Origin: a virus
Lineage: Duplodnaviria; Caudoviricetes
Reading direction: 5' to 3' (one strand)
IMG/VR virus record: IMGVR_UViG_3300036978_000814
Span: 1-63,934 of that record
DNA: 63,934 nt
Positions 62,021 through 63,934 of the stretch are shown here, piece by piece; the first letter of the stretch is position 1; every line of letters starts with the position of its first letter. A program made the translations under genes and the position numbers. Below the pieces are notes generated by a model that saw nothing but the letters and a program-made list of their open reading frames with translations, made no database searches and was not told the origin of the DNA.

Positions 62021-62139
62021 AAACAGGTTTGGTGCAACTCACGGCGTTGTGCAAGCCCTAAAAACGAAATTCGTTTTGTTCTCCTCTCAGCGGGGTGTCG
62101 CGGAGCGCCGGGGGGACTAATTGAGGAGGGGAGGATTGG

Positions 62140-62271
62140 GGGCTCTGCCAGACTTTTTAAACCGGGTACTGTTTTGGAAATACGGGGAAAAAGTAATAGA
62201 AGATTAAAAGGGGGTAAATTTGGGGAAGATTTTCCCAACAGTACCTCACGGAAATTGTCTGGTAGGAGCCC
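62140..62271. other. long imperfect inverted repeat around a purine/AT-rich core; candidate replication origin
   Basis: GGGCTC/GAGCCC, TGCCAGAC/GTCTGGTA, GGTACTGTT/AACAGTACC at the point of divergent transcription. Confidence 0.4.
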
Positions 62272-62387
62272 GCTGGGGGCTTGCGGGACAGCTGCCATCC
62301 CCACAACTGGAAGACGTGCCAAAACCAATTCTCACCGGCTGGCCTGAGGGTCTCAATCGTCCGGAGATCGAACCGTGGATGCGGTAT

Positions 62388-62633
62388 ATGAGTGCGCCCC
62401 AGCGGAAGAAGGCGCGGCGGCTGGAGCGGGGCCTCTGTATACAATGCAACGCGCCGCACTCGCCGGGTCGCCGGTACTGCCAGCGGTGCGCGCAGTCGAC
62501 CGCAGCAGCCGAGCGGGGACGGCGGCAACGGCGCGACGCGGAGCACCGTGCGATGTACGGGATGAGCGAGTACCGGTTGAAGGCGATGGCGTGCTGGCAT
62601 CCGGTCAGGCTGGCCCGGGCGGTGATCGGGTGA
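62388..62633 (+). CDS. small zinc-finger protein
   Basis: GLCIQC....PGRRYCQRC in a basic context. Confidence 0.65.
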   Translation: MSAPQRKKARRLERGLCIQCNAPHSPGRRYCQRCAQSTAAAERGRRQRRDAEHRAMYGMSEYRLKAMACWHPVRLARAVIG

Positions 62634-62658
62634 TCTTATTGAGAACGGTTGAAACGTG

Positions 62659-62671
62659 TAAGTCGTTGATA
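62659..62671 (-). promoter_or_regulatory. IHF consensus binding site
   Basis: TATCAACGACTTA matches WATCAANNNNTTR exactly, in a non-coding AT-rich region. Confidence 0.55.
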
Positions 62672-62943
62672 ATACGTGTAGTTCTCGGAATTATTGAGAA
62701 ATCGCCGTAAAGGCCGTTTCCTTTGCGTTTAACGCGTTTTCAGGATCGGGGGATATCACGGTGGCCACTTTTTCGGGGCGCTTGTGCAAGGTGTTGAGCG
62801 ACAGCGCGTTTCATCGTTTTCAATGAATATTCATTGGCCCGAGATCGTGCCTATAAATCGATTTAAACGCCTTTTTGAAATTTTCACGGTTCGGGATGAA
62901 TATTCAGGTTGCTGGGGCCTGTTTTCCGCCGTTTTCTGGCGGG

Positions 62944-63618
62944 GTGAAGCTTCAAACCAAACTCGCCAAAGCGCCGTCGGTTGATTGGCTCGCCCTGCGC
63001 CGGGCGTTCGTCGAACGGCCCGAGCGTCCGCTTGTCGATGATCTCGCGAAGGAATTTGGCTTGTCGCCGGAGCGTATTTATCGGGCGAGCCGCGATGAGG
63101 GTTGGCCGACGATGCGCGCCGCGCTCGCCGACGAGCGGTTGAAGCAGGCCGACGCCGCGATGGCGCTGGTGAACGCGGCGAAGACCGAGGGCGCGGTCAC
63201 GCGGGCTTTCACCGACGCCGCGCTGGAGGTTGTGCAGCAGGTGAACACCGTGGTGCAGGACCTCGCCAAAAAACGCGTCGCCGAGAACACCCGCGCGAAC
63301 ACCCTCAACACCTGCGCGTTCACCCTGAGCAACCTCGCCAACGCCCTTGCCCGCGTCGGCGTGGTCGGCCTGCCCAAGGCGCTGAAGGAGCAGGCCGGCG
63401 TCGACAGCGGCAACGGCCGGTGGAACCCGGCGATGTTGCAGGCGCTCAATGTGACGGTGCAGACGATCGTCGGGCAGCAGCCCCAGCAGGGGCCCGCCGC
63501 TGGCCCCAGCGGGGCGATCGCCGCCCCGGCCGAGGCGGAGCAGCCCCTGCCGCTGGCGGCGCCTGCGCCGGCCGTCGATCTGGAGCCGGTCAAGGCGCCC
63601 GCGGCGGACGTGATCTGA
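62944..63618 (+). CDS. terS: terminase small subunit-like HTH protein
   Basis: DW..LR..F.......LAKEFGLS...I....R.EGW N-terminal HTH typical of TerS, then a coiled coil. Confidence 0.65.
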   Translation: MKLQTKLAKAPSVDWLALRRAFVERPERPLVDDLAKEFGLSPERIYRASRDEGWPTMRAALADERLKQADAAMALVNAAKTEGAVTRAFTDAALEVVQQVNTVVQDLAKKRVAENTRANTLNTCAFTLSNLANALARVGVVGLPKALKEQAGVDSGNGRWNPAMLQALNVTVQTIVGQQPQQGPAAGPSGAIAAPAEAEQPLPLAAPAPAVDLEPVKAPAADVI

Positions 63619-63691
63619 TGGCGTTCGGTGACGACCGTCACCGATCCGCCGCCCCCGGCGGGGGGTCAGGGGATAACGGGTTGCCCGCAGC

Positions 63692-63780
63692 CCGCCTGCT
63701 GCCCCCCCCGTAGGCAACGCCTTCGGTAGGCAACCGCCTGCCCCTCGTTGCCTACCGCCTGCCCGCCTGCCGTAGGCAAC
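63692..63780. repeat. cluster of GTAGGCAAC (4 copies, one inverted) and CCGCCTGC (4 copies)
   Basis: GTAGGCAAC at 63710, 63726, 63772 and inverted at 63747; CCGCCTGC at 63692, 63734, 63755, 63763. Confidence 0.85.
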
Positions 63781-63807
63781 GCGCCGGTCTCGGTCGCGGA
63801 ATCGAGG

Positions 63808-63934
63808 CCCCCCCACCCCCCGGGCTCCCACCTGAAAATTAGTTTGCCCCGTCCGGATTCCGCTATCGTTTTTTACTATTCACGAAAAACGAAAATCGTT
63901 TTATCCGCTCAGGATTGTCTCAATTTTCTGCCGG
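63808..63934. repeat. second copy of the 127-bp end overlap
   Basis: Identical to 1..127. Confidence 0.95.

Noticed and set aside
63808-63934. 127-bp terminal repeat as a biological direct terminal repeat
   Set aside because: Length equals a standard assembler k-mer and it cuts into the 3' end of a gene; best explained as circular overlap

Overview
This window looks like the complete circular genome (about 63.8 kb plus a 127-bp end overlap) of a GC-rich podovirus-like dsDNA phage. The host is unknown; an Opitutae-style Ig-domain gene and start codons lacking Shine-Dalgarno sites weakly suggest Verrucomicrobiota. Layout: (i) a minus-strand block at 94-5675 with a glycosyltransferase-like gene, a lysozyme-like gene, a small serine recombinase, TerL and a methyltransferase; (ii) a long plus-strand virion region at 5.7-45.1 kb with portal, scaffold, two glycosyltransferase genes, major capsid protein, four Gly-X-Thr collagen-like proteins, LamG and Gly-rich adhesins, a beta-helix tailspike, adaptor/nozzle and ejection proteins ending in a 1613-aa multidomain protein; (iii) a GT4 glycosyltransferase, a holin/spanin-like cassette and a Dps-like gene; (iv) a minus-strand early/replication arm with AAA+ ATPase, vWA-peptidase, primase-helicase, DUF2800, DUF2815, PolA, VRR-NUC and SNF2; (v) a non-coding control region and TerS. 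The most interesting signals are a multi-stem RNA with three GNRA loops in the capsid-gene leader that has an alternative fold covering the start region, a second ~360-nt structured region ahead of the early operon, a probable virion glycosylation system acting on collagen-like fibres, a recombinase-containing TerL block lying opposite to its flanks, and apparent avoidance of CATG and CCWGG. All assignments come from reading motifs by eye; no searches or folding programs were run.
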